64,000 nt of DNA from Bacteroidota bacterium (lineage in GTDB: Bacteria > Bacteroidota > Bacteroidia > NORP154): assembly GCA_043811005.1 (NCBI GenBank), contig JBDRNO010000171.1, positions 227-64,226 of the forward strand, in the 5' to 3' direction. The position numbers and the translations under genes are program-made. Position 1 is the first letter of the stretch, and each line of letters begins with the position of its first letter. Positions 1 to 8,900 of the stretch are shown piece by piece. The notes under the pieces were generated by a model, which had not been told where the DNA came from, ran no database searches, and saw only the letters and a program-made list of their open reading frames with translations.

Positions 1-652
1 GAGATTGCTCGGAATTGTTGGTTACGGGAATTTTGATTTTAGTAAATACCTGACCTGCATCAAAATATTTGCTGTTATTATTTTCCAGCACTTTCAGGAA
101 ATAATAGGCAAAGACCGAATGTCCGTCCCTTCCACCGTCCATAACAGGTTCGAGACCGCCTGAAGTCATTGCTTGTCGTGATGATAATTCATGCACTTCC
201 CTGTAATATTTTTCAGAGTCATCAAACGGGACTGAGATAGTGCTTCCCCTGAAAATATCTCCGCTAAAGCATGCGTCTGAAACCAATAATGTGTGTTTTG
301 ATTTGATCCCTCCTAAAAAGGTTTTAATATCCGAGTTGGATATGTATTTTGATGTAGATGCAGTTTGAGCATCAACCGGCACCCAATATCCCTTGTTTAG
401 TTCCTTCTTGAATTCACCATGACCGGAGTAATAAATGAACAAATTGTCTTTTTCCTTTACATTTGCAACCAGCCATTCCATCTCTTTGATGATATTTTCC
501 CGCGTTGCCTGTTCATCATATAATTTTCGGAAATGTTCGAATTTATATTTTGAATTCAACATGGCTTCGATAGCTTTGGCATCATTAACGGCATTTTGTA
601 AAGCTGGCCAGAACCCTTTATAACTATCAATCCCAATAATTAATGCATAATA
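1..652 (-). other. Peptidase C14 (caspase/orthocaspase-like) domain, truncated by the window edge
   Basis: YYALIIGIDSYKGFWPALQNAVNDAKAI...DNLFIYYSGHGEF..NKGYWVPVDA...KHTLLVSDACFSGDIF. Candidate catalytic His codon at 419-421 (SGHG) and Cys codon at 269-271 (DACFSG). The GYWxPVDA motif is typical of bacterial caspase-family proteins. Confidence 0.8.
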
Positions 653-2443
653 ACTTCCTATCCCAATATCTGCAGCTTTTGAAACATTAAGTCCTTTAAG
701 AGGGTCTCCGCTTCCACGGTACATGGTTTGATTTTCGGGTGTGATCTGGGCTATGGCAAGGTCAGATACAGGCAATTCCTCGTTCATTGTAATATCAAGA
801 TTTAAATCATTTACATTAGTATAAGTAGCACCTTCAATGTTAAGCCGTATTTTCATGTCGGTAGCGGTAAATTCTTCTTTAGCGTAAAATTCAACACTAA
901 CTTCTGCCATTTCGCCGGGGGCAAGACTTGGTATCAATTCAGATAATTTATCAACTGCCATTATATGTTCCGGGAAAATGTAATTCACTTTAATGTCTTT
1001 TGCTGCTCCTTTTGATGTGTTTTGAAGCTTTAGCTTTAAAGTAATTGGCGCTCCGATCTCAGCTTTTCCGGTAGCAGAGCTGTATTCATAATGCATAACC
1101 ATAATATAGCTGTAGCTCTCCTCCCCCTTGGTTTGAAAGTTCAAAACCAGAGGATCGGGATTAAAGCTATTTGCTTCAATAATTGTGACGGTAAAGGTAC
1201 CAGAAGAAGTTTCCAGTTCAGGTTTTGTGAATATGGGAATTTCAACTTTTTGTTTTTTATTGGAGCTGAGATTACCTATCAGGTATTCTTTGTCAAAACT
1301 TAATCCTTCAACTGAAGTTGCCTCTATCTTTGCAACTATATCATAAGCCGTACCTTTTCCTTCATTCATAATAGTAAAATTTAGTGAAGGTTTATCAGAT
1401 GGTTCCAATATTCCATTGTTATTGCTTTCTTTTAAAATTAATGCAGAGCAAACAATCTTTGGCTTTAATGTCCCAATTGTGTATTTTTTCTTGCCGATAT
1501 TCAACCCGCTTACATCCCATACATTGACATTTCCATCATAGCCGGCAGAGATCAAATCTGTTCCTTTATCATTAAAGGCGATGGCTGAGATATCTTCATT
1601 ATGGGCTGCAAAATTTTTTACCGGCTGACGGGTTTCAACGTCCCAGATAACGATTTTTTTATCAGAGCCGGCAGATGCCACATATTGTACATCTGCACTA
1701 AAGATCACAGAATTGACCGGAGATTTATGTTCAGAATGTTCGCTGAGCTGGTTGCAGGAATTGGCATCCCATAATATAACAGAGTTGTTCATGCCTCCAC
1801 TTACCAGGTACTTATTATCTGAACTATATCTCAATGAAATAACTCCTTTTGAATTTGCTTCTATTGTATTTATCAGTTCCCAGGTTGAAGCATCCCATAT
1901 TTTAATGGTATTGTCAGATGAGCCGGAAGCGAGGAGTTTCCCGTCAGAGCTGAATGTAACTGCATTCACCTGTTTTGAGTGACCTTCCAGCGTTGCTATT
2001 AATTTTCCGCTTGCATCCCATAAAATGATATTTTTATCCTTGGAGCCGCTGGCTATGTTGTCGTTGATAGGGTTTAATGCAATACATATAATTTCATCTT
2101 CATGGCCCTGCAATATTTTTTTTGGTTTCCCCAGTTCGCTGTCCCAAACTACCAACCTTTTATCAGCGCTTGCAGTAACAAATAGTTTATTGTTTGAACT
2201 ATATGAAACACCGGTAACCTTGTCGGAATGACCTGCAAATGATTTGATCTTTTTCCCGGTTTTTAAGTCCCATAAATAGGTTCTTTTATCGCTGCCGGAT
2301 GTTAAGATCGTATTTTCCGCATTATTGATAGAGAAAGATAATATTTGCCCGGCATGAGCATTTTCAATGGTTTTGAGAAGTTCCTGGGAGTAACTGTAAG
2401 TTACAACACTAATAAATAAAATACTTAAAATAGTTTTTTTCAT
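1..2443 (-). CDS. Exported WD40-repeat / beta-sandwich / caspase-like (peptidase C14) protein; C-terminus runs off the window start
   Basis: Missing from the ORF track because it is open to position 1. My translation from the ATG (complement of 2441-2443) gives MKKTILSILFISVVTYSYSQELLKTIENAHAGQILSFSINN, a signal-peptide-like start. WD40 units follow (SFAGHSDKVTGVSYSSNNKLFVTASADKRLVVWD; LEGHSKQVNAVTFSSDGKLLASGSSDNTIKIWD), then two beta-sandwich-like segments, then a caspase core. 814 codons with no stop. Confidence 0.85.
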   Translation of the reverse strand, partial: MKKTILSILFISVVTYSYSQELLKTIENAHAGQILSFSINNAENTILTSGSDKRTYLWDLKTGKKIKSFAGHSDKVTGVSYSSNNKLFVTASADKRLVVWDSELGKPKKILQGHEDEIICIALNPINDNIASGSKDKNIILWDASGKLIATLEGHSKQVNAVTFSSDGKLLASGSSDNTIKIWDASTWELINTIEANSKGVISLRYSSDNKYLVSGGMNNSVILWDANSCNQLSEHSEHKSPVNSVIFSADVQYVASAGSDKKIVIWDVETRQPVKNFAAHNEDISAIAFNDKGTDLISAGYDGNVNVWDVSGLNIGKKKYTIGTLKPKIVCSALILKESNNNGILEPSDKPSLNFTIMNEGKGTAYDIVAKIEATSVEGLSFDKEYLIGNLSSNKKQKVEIPIFTKPELETSSGTFTVTIIEANSFNPDPLVLNFQTKGEESYSYIMVMHYEYSSATGKAEIGAPITLKLKLQNTSKGAAKDIKVNYIFPEHIMAVDKLSELIPSLAPGEMAEVSVEFYAKEEFTATDMKIRLNIEGATYTNVNDLNLDITMNEELPVSDLAIAQITPENQTMYRGSGDPLKGLNVSKAADIGIGSYYALIIGIDSYKGFWPALQNAVNDAKAIEAMLNSKYKFEHFRKLYDEQATRENIIKEMEWLVANVKEKDNLFIYYSGHGEFKKELNKGYWVPVDAQTASTSKYISNSDIKTFLGGIKSKHTLLVSDACFSGDIFRGSTISVPFDDSEKYYREVHELSSRQAMTSGGLEPVMDGGRDGHSVFAYYFLKVLENNNSKYFDAGQVFTKIKIPVTNNSEQS
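1483..2371 (-). other. WD40 repeat beta-propeller region (about 7 blades)
   Basis: Reiterated ~42-aa units that contain GH and end in (I/V)WD: ...DKRTYLWD, ...DKRLVVWD, ...DKNIILWD, ...DNTIKIWD, ...NNSVILWD, ...DKKIVIWD, ...DGNVNVWD. Confidence 0.8.
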
Positions 2444-2523
2444 AATAAAATATATTTATATAATAATGGATTTAAGCAAAAATTATGCCTTAAATTCAAA
2501 AACTCGCTTCAATAATAAAATGG

Positions 2524-5500
2524 TTATTCCCCTTTGTTTTTTGCTTTTTCCGCTTCTGCCTTTGCTTTCTCTGCTTCTGCCTTGGCTTTCTCTGCTTCTG
2601 CCTTTGCTTTCTCTGCTTCTGCCTTTGCTTTCTCTGCTTCTGCCTTGGCTTTTTCTGCTTCTGCCTTGGCTTTTTCCGCCTCAGCGCTTTTTACCTTAGC
2701 ATCAGCTTCGGTTTTTTGTTTTGTTGCTTCTGCTGTAGCTTTCTCTGCTGCTGCTTTATGGGCTTCAGCTTTGGCTTTTTCCACCTCAGCGTTTTTTGTC
2801 ATAGCATCAGCTTCGGCTTTTTGTTTTGCTGCTTCTGCTGTAGCTTTCTCTGCTGATGCTTTTTGGGCTTCAGCTTTAGCTTTTTCTGCCTCTGCTGCCT
2901 TTGCATTAGCATCAGACTCTGCATTTAATTTTGCAGCTTCTGCCTTAGCTTTATCCGCTGTTGCTTTTTCCGCTTCGGCAGACTTGGTCTTGGCATCGGC
3001 TTCTGCTTTTGCCTTTTCAGCTTCTGCTTTTTGAGCATCAGCTTTTGCTTTTTCTGAATCGGCTTTTGCTTTTTCTGAATCGGCTTTTGCTTTTTCTGAA
3101 TCGGCTTTTGCTTTTTCTGAATCGGCTTTTGCTTTTTCTGAATCGGCTTTTGCTTTTTCTGAATCAGCGCTCTTTGCTTTAGCATCAGCTTCTGCTTTAG
3201 CTTTATCCGTTGCTGCTTTATCTGCCTGGGCTTTAGCTGTTTCTGCTTCTGCTGCCTTTGCCTTAGCTTCTGCTTCTTTTTGTGCTTTTTCGGCAGATGC
3301 TTTATCGGCTTCGGCTTTTGCTTTGTCAGCAACGGCTATCTCGGCTTTTGCCTTTTCTTTTTCCGCTTCTGCTTTTACCTTTTCAGCTTCTGCTGCTTTT
3401 GCCTTAGCTTCTGCCTCTGCCTTAGCTTTTGCCGCTTCTGCAGCACTTGACTCTGCTTTTGCTTTTTCCGCCTCAGCAACCTTAGATTTTGCCTCTGCCT
3501 GAGCTTTAGCTTTTTCTTCCGTTGCTATTTTAGCATCAGCGTTGGCTTTATCAGCGTCAGCCATCTTTGCTTTGGCTTTTTCTTTTTCTGCTTCAGCAGC
3601 TTTGATCCTGGCATCAGCTTCTGCCTTTGCTTTTTCCTCTTTGGCTCGTTCAGTATCTAATTTTGCCTTTTCAGCATCTGCTTTGGCTTTTTCAGCATCT
3701 GCTATCTTAGCATCTGCTTTTGCTTTTTCAGCTGCCGCTATTTGTGCCTCTGCCTTTACTTTTTCTGCCTCTGCTGCCTTTGCTTTAGCTTCTGCCTCTG
3801 CCTTAGCTATCTCCGCCTTTGCTTTTTCAACTTCTGCTTCTGCTATGCGTGCATCAGCTACTTTAGCGCTGTCCTTCATCGCTTTTTTGTTGATCTTTGC
3901 TATTTTTATATCGGCTTTCGCCTTTTGGGCATCTGCCTTGGCTTTTTCAGCTTCCGCCTTTTTTATTTCTGCCTCAGCGATAGTAGCATCAGCTTTGGCT
4001 TTTTCTGCCTCGGCTTTGGCTTTTTCCTCTTCTGCCTTTTTTATATCAGCTTCGGCTTGTATTTTATCGGCTTCGGCTTTCCTGATCTCTGCTTCTGCCT
4101 TCGCCTTTTCAGCATCCGCTTTGGCTTTTTCAGCTTCTGCCTTTGCCTGCTCTGCCTTTGCTTTGAATATTTCAGGGTCTTTTTCAACCTCCACTATTTC
4201 CACAACCTCCACTTCTTTTTCTATCTCAATTTCCACTTCCACCTCTGTTTCCAATTCAACAATTTCGGTTACCTCTACTTCTTTCTCAACTTCTTTTTCC
4301 AGCTCTATGATCTCCATAACTTCATGTTCTGTGGTCAACTCAACTACTGTGCCAGGTTTTAAATTTTGCTTGTCAAATTTGCCTTCCTCCAGGAAATAAA
4401 TATCATAATTGAATTTATCGCTTATTGCGGTACAGTAACGCATGCCATCTGCAGAAACATAAAAATTCATATCATCTCTTGTTGAGTTGATCGGGTATCC
4501 GATGTTTTGAGGTTCGGACCAGGTATTATCATCTGATAGTACTATGAAATAAATATCATAACCACCCATACCTTTTTCGCTAAATCCATTGGAACTAAAA
4601 TATATCTTTTTCCCGGTTGGGTGCATAAATGGTGATGTTTCATTAAAGGGGCTATTTATCTTTTCACCTAAATTTTTTGCTTTACCCCATTTACCGTTTT
4701 CAAGTTTTGTGCATTGGTAAAGATCCGACTTACCCTGACCGCCATCCCTGTCACTTGTAAAATATAAGGTATTACCGTCAGGTGATATTGTTACGCCCGA
4801 TTCATCGTAAGAAGTGTTAATGTTAGAACCCAAAGACTGCGGTTCAGTCCAGTCGCCATCAGAGAATGAACTTTGATAAAGATCAGTATTTCCCTTTTCA
4901 TCTCTTCTAAAATACAGGGTTTTCCCGTCTGTAGATATACATAAGGGCGATTCATTATTATCAGTGTTGTATAAAAAAGGTTTTGGTTTTTTCCAATTTC
5001 CAGATCCGTCTTTTTTAACTATATAAACATCTTCATAGTGCCTTCCGGTATTTTTATCAAAAATATCTTTATTGCTCTCATCTTCCCGCAGTCTTCTCGA
5101 ACTAAAAAAGAGGGTGGAATTATCAAGGGATATGACAGGGTTGGTTTCAGAAAATCCGGTGTTAATAGTTTCACCTGCATTTGTATATTTAATTTTAAGA
5201 GGGGCATTCATTATCTTTTTTGCATTTATACACATACGAACATACTTATCAACATTAATAGGTGGGTCACCATCAAATTTATCCTGGTAAAGCATGAAAT
5301 TTATTAGTGCAAGTTCCGGATCACCTGATTCAAGGTATGCTTCTGCCAAAAAATAGATTGCATCATAAGGGGCTTTTTTTAATTCCTTTTCGTAAAAATT
5401 GTATTTTGATGTAAGATTGACAACCGCATTTTTAAAATAAGGAAGCGCTTTGGTTTGTTTATCTAAGGAATTGCGGTAGCAAAGCCCCAGCTTGAAGTTG

Positions 5501-5748
5501 GCATTTGAATTGTTGACATCTTCTTTAAGGATATTAAGCCATACAGGTAAAGCTTCAGAAAAAAGACCTTTCCCCAGAAGCTTATTTCCTTCTGTGATCA
5601 TATTCTCAAGGATTGCATTTTCGTCTGCGGCAGCTTCTTTGTTTGCAGATTCAGCATCATTTCCTTTTGCAATTTCATCTTGTGAAATAGCTGTCTGAAC
5701 TGTTAAGAATAACGCTCCCGTTGCAATTAAAGTAAATAATTTATTCAT
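2524..5748 (-). CDS. Signal peptide + TPR-like + PD40 (TolB-like WD40-like) repeats + Glu/Val linker + ~550-aa Lys/Ala/Glu helical repeat protein
   Basis: ORF track 2524..5757. The track start is a TTG; an in-frame ATG at 5748 gives MNKLFTLIATGALFLTVQTAISQ, a cleaner signal peptide, so I use 5748. Full-length open frame of 1074 aa. Confidence 0.85.
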   Translation of the reverse strand: MNKLFTLIATGALFLTVQTAISQDEIAKGNDAESANKEAAADENAILENMITEGNKLLGKGLFSEALPVWLNILKEDVNNSNANFKLGLCYRNSLDKQTKALPYFKNAVVNLTSKYNFYEKELKKAPYDAIYFLAEAYLESGDPELALINFMLYQDKFDGDPPINVDKYVRMCINAKKIMNAPLKIKYTNAGETINTGFSETNPVISLDNSTLFFSSRRLREDESNKDIFDKNTGRHYEDVYIVKKDGSGNWKKPKPFLYNTDNNESPLCISTDGKTLYFRRDEKGNTDLYQSSFSDGDWTEPQSLGSNINTSYDESGVTISPDGNTLYFTSDRDGGQGKSDLYQCTKLENGKWGKAKNLGEKINSPFNETSPFMHPTGKKIYFSSNGFSEKGMGGYDIYFIVLSDDNTWSEPQNIGYPINSTRDDMNFYVSADGMRYCTAISDKFNYDIYFLEEGKFDKQNLKPGTVVELTTEHEVMEIIELEKEVEKEVEVTEIVELETEVEVEIEIEKEVEVVEIVEVEKDPEIFKAKAEQAKAEAEKAKADAEKAKAEAEIRKAEADKIQAEADIKKAEEEKAKAEAEKAKADATIAEAEIKKAEAEKAKADAQKAKADIKIAKINKKAMKDSAKVADARIAEAEVEKAKAEIAKAEAEAKAKAAEAEKVKAEAQIAAAEKAKADAKIADAEKAKADAEKAKLDTERAKEEKAKAEADARIKAAEAEKEKAKAKMADADKANADAKIATEEKAKAQAEAKSKVAEAEKAKAESSAAEAAKAKAEAEAKAKAAEAEKVKAEAEKEKAKAEIAVADKAKAEADKASAEKAQKEAEAKAKAAEAETAKAQADKAATDKAKAEADAKAKSADSEKAKADSEKAKADSEKAKADSEKAKADSEKAKADSEKAKADAQKAEAEKAKAEADAKTKSAEAEKATADKAKAEAAKLNAESDANAKAAEAEKAKAEAQKASAEKATAEAAKQKAEADAMTKNAEVEKAKAEAHKAAAEKATAEATKQKTEADAKVKSAEAEKAKAEAEKAKAEAEKAKAEAEKAKAEAEKAKAEAEKAKAEAEKAKNKGE
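2552..2677 (-). repeat. 21-bp tandem repeat x6, encoding the C-terminal AEAEKAK heptads
   Basis: Unit gcttctgcct(t/g)gctttctct counted six times (2552, 2573, 2594, 2615, 2636, 2657). Confidence 0.9.
3041..3166 (-). repeat. Perfect or near-perfect 21-bp tandem repeat x6, encoding SEKAKAD x6
   Basis: Unit gcttttgctttttctgaatcg counted six times head-to-tail in the sequence. Confidence 0.9.
4178..4350 (-). repeat. Glu/Val/Ile-rich low-complexity linker
   Basis: VVELTTEHEVMEIIELEKEVEKEVEVTEIVELETEVEVEIEIEKEVEVVEIVEVEKDPEIF. Confidence 0.85.
4385..5160 (-). other. PD40 / TolB-type WD40-like beta-propeller repeats
   Basis: Repeated signature: FSETNPVISLDNSTLFFSSRR; ESPLCISTDGKTLYFRR; ESGVTISPDGNTLYFTSDRDGGQGKSDLY; ETSPFMHPTGKKIYFSSNG...GGYDIY; DMNFYVSADG. 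Confidence 0.7.
5232..5592 (-). other. TPR-like helical repeats
   Basis: GKGLFSEALPVWLNILKED..NANFKLGLCYRNS and YFLAEAYLESGDPELALINFMLYQDKF match TPR-like A/L/Y spacing. Boundaries are approximate. Confidence 0.5.
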
Positions 5749-5811
5749 TGTTTTCAATTGTTAATTAAGATATTAATTTATAATTATGAGATTAACTTGA
5801 ATAATATCCGC

Positions 5812-5819
5812 CAAATTTA
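5812..5819 (-). promoter_or_regulatory. Candidate Bacteroidota -7 promoter box (TAnnTTTG) for the TPR/PD40 gene
   Basis: Plus-strand caaattta is TAAATTTG on the minus strand, 64 nt upstream of the ATG at 5748, inside a very AT-rich divergent intergenic region. A second match (TAATTTTG) lies at 5856-5863. Confidence 0.3.
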
Positions 5820-5953
5820 CAGAATAAATAATTAAATAATAAAGCATTAATTGAACAAAATTATTTTTTTAATGTTGTTATTAAAAAATGTTTTTATTAA
5901 ATAGATAATTTATAATTTTACATATTTATTTATTGAACAAATTTTTAAATCCC

Positions 5954-8900
5954 ATGAAAAAAAAACTACTCCAACTCGCATTAATCTTAACAGGCATCTC
6001 AGGCACAGGATTTGCCCAACCGGTTATCTCCTATAACCCGGATTCTTTTAATGTTACACTGCCCGGTTGTAATGATTCTACAACGCTTCCTTTTACGATA
6101 TATAATACTGGCAGTGTCGATCTGTATTCCGATGTTTTTAACGGAACAGTTGCTTCAGGCGGCACATTTGATTATGCCTATCTTGCCAATTCTAATGATG
6201 GTAATGTTTCTGTTATTGATCTTAGCAATAATTCGATAATCGGAAGCCCTATACCTGTTGGTATGTGGCCAATGAGGTTGTCTATTAGCCCTGATAGAAA
6301 ATATGTGTACGTTTCTAATAGAGGAAGCAATGATATTGATGTGATCCAAACATCTGACAATACTGTTATTGCAAATATTCCTGTTGGTTTTGCTCCAACC
6401 GGGATTGCTTTTACTCCTGACGGAAATTTTGCTTACTCATGCAACAGGGATGATAACAATGTCATTATGATAGATTGCAGTACTTATGCAATTGTAGATA
6501 CTATTACTCAGGACATGAATTGGCCCCAGGATATTGCAATCACCCCCAACGGGAAATATGCTTATGTTGTAAACAGGAATAGCGGTGTAACAGTCTTCGA
6601 AACAAGTACAAATAATGTGATTGCCAATTTGCCAAGTGTTAGCATGGGTCATTCTGTAGTTATTACTCCAGATGGTCAATTTGTTTACGTCTCTGAATCA
6701 GTAAACCCGGGATTTATTATGGTCATTGACGTCAATACAAACACCATCATTGACAGCATAGGAATATTCCAGCAGGCTGTTGGATTGGATATTACTCAGG
6801 ATGGTAATTATATTTATGCAGGGAACAAATGGAATTCGAGTGTTGAGGTTATTGATGTCAGCACCAATGCCATCATCACTACTATTATGGACCCAAGATT
6901 AAATAATTGTTGGGGTGTTGCGATATCTCCTGATGGTAATTATGTATATGTTACAGTTTCCTGGAATTCACCGAGCATAGTAATTATTGATGTCAATACA
7001 AATACAGTCATTGGTGATTTAACTGCAAGTTTTAATGGTTCCTGGGATATAACTACAATAAAGGGAGCCACATGGCTTTCTGAAGATCCTGTATCAGACA
7101 CTATTGTACCTGGTGACTCTTCAATAATATATGTAAAATTCAAAGCTTCCGGTTTAAATTCAGGTACATATACATCACAAATACTTATCAGCTCTAATGA
7201 CGTTGTTCCACCTATTGATACTATTCCTTGTACATTAACAGTAATTGGTGTCCCTGTATTGGAATTGTCCGATAGTTGTTTGGACCTTGATACGGCAATG
7301 GTAGGAGGAACCAATTTGGATACAGTGCTTTTTATCAACACAGGGTGCGATACGTTGTTCATCACCAGTATAACAAACTCTTTAAGTGAATTTAACGTAG
7401 ATACTTTTACTTCAGTAGTGTTACCTTATGAATACGGAGGGGCTATCATTTCGTTCACGCCAACATCTGTCACTAGTTACTTTGATACGCTTAATATTTT
7501 CACCAATGATGTGGATACTACTGTATGCTTGTCTGGTGTTGGTATACCTCCGGCTATTATTTCCGTTGTTCCTGATTCATTTGACGTTACTATATTAAGC
7601 TGTAGCGATTCGGTTACAATACCTCTGACGATATACAATACAGGTGCAGCAAACCTGACTTATGATTTCAACGCACCGTGCTTGTATATGGTGGTGACCA
7701 TTAATACGCAAAACTGGGGAGGTGAAGTTTCGTGGGAGATAGAAAATGAATTTAGTGTAGTTGTTATGTCCGGCTCGGGTTATGCGGATTTTTCAACTTA
7801 CGTTGATTCGTTATGCGTTCCTCCCGGCAACTACTCATTTTATGCCTATGACGCTTTTGGCGATGGTTGGAATGGCGGAACTTATGATGTTTCCGTAGGA
7901 GGAGTAACAATAGCAAATAATGGCGGTGCTTCACCTGATAATTTTTTCTGCTGCGGTTTTGACCTGGAGTCAACAGAACCATTTACCATCATTGGCGGAG
8001 TTTTTCTTCCTTCGTGGCTTTCTTTAAATCCCGGCACACCTGATACCTTGGCGCCCGGTGATTCAGCCATCGTTGATGTACAATTTAATTCAACAGGTTT
8101 GGGTAGCGGACAACATACTTACGACCTGAACATCAATTCAAACGATCCGGTAAATAACCCGCTTATTGTTCCATGCACATTAACTGTAAATGGTGTTCCG
8201 CAATTGGTTTTATCCGACACATGTCTTGACCTTGATACGGCAATGATAGGGGCAACCAATTACGATACAGTGATCTTTATGAACACCGGGTGCGATACAT
8301 TGTTCATCACCAGTATTACCAATACATTAAGTGAATTTAATATTGATACTTTTACTTCAGTGATTTTACCTTATAACTGGGGTGGAGCTATCATTTCATT
8401 CTCTCCAACATCTGTAGGCAGTTTCCTAGATACACTGAACATATTCAGCAATGATGTAGATACTGCCGTATGCTTATCAGGTGAGGGAATTCCCGCACCA
8501 ACAATTTCTTTTGTCCCTGATTCATTTAATGTTACATTATCAGGATGTGATGATTCAATCACACTTCCGGTTACCATCTATAATGCCGGTGGTGGTGATT
8601 TGGATTTTGATGTATTAGACGGGATTTATTCTCCTGTTGCGGAATTTGGGTTTGCCTATATTGCCAATTCAAATGACAATACTGTCTCAGTTCTGGATTT
8701 GGCAACAAATACTATTGTAGGAGTTCCGATACCGGTTGGTATGTATCCATGGCGGATAACCGTTAAACCGGATGGTAATTATGTTTATGTTTCAAATAGA
8801 GATGGTAATAGTATTTCAGTTATCCGGACTTCAGATAATACAGTAACTGCTACTATTCCTGTCGGACAAAGACCGACAGGACTGGCATTCACACCTGATG

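Larger units (their letters stand above)
2527..4165 (-). repeat. Lys/Ala/Glu(Asp) low-complexity helical region (~550 aa) running to the C-terminus
   Basis: Continuous KAEAEKAKADAEKAKAEAE... heptad-like sequence that ends ...AEKAKNKGE-stop, with no globular C-terminal domain. Composition resembles TolA domain II. Confidence 0.85.

Noticed and set aside
435-2231. Plus-strand ORFs 435..623, 1091..1303, 1713..1982 and 2025..2231
   Set aside because: All are antisense to the uninterrupted 814-codon WD40/caspase frame, and none shows a recognisable motif.
2534-4399. Long + strand ORFs (2534..3034, 2961..3182, 3542..4399, 3742..4362) and an out-of-frame minus-strand ORF (2925..3332) that overlap the K/A/E repeat region
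   Set aside because: Their translations are pure low complexity (SASAFAFSAS..., LLLFLNRLLLF..., KQKPIQKKQKP...). They arise automatically from reading GCT/TTC/TGC-rich repeat DNA in other frames. The 1074-aa minus-strand frame is the only one with a signal peptide and recognisable domains.
5933-5953. The TTG start at 5933 for gene 1, and the TTG start at 5757 for the TPR/PD40 gene, as given in the ORF track
   Set aside because: In-frame ATGs a few codons downstream (5954 and 5748) give canonical signal peptides. For gene 1 the ATG also aligns exactly with the N-termini of genes 2 and 3. The extensions are probably artefacts of longest-ORF calling.
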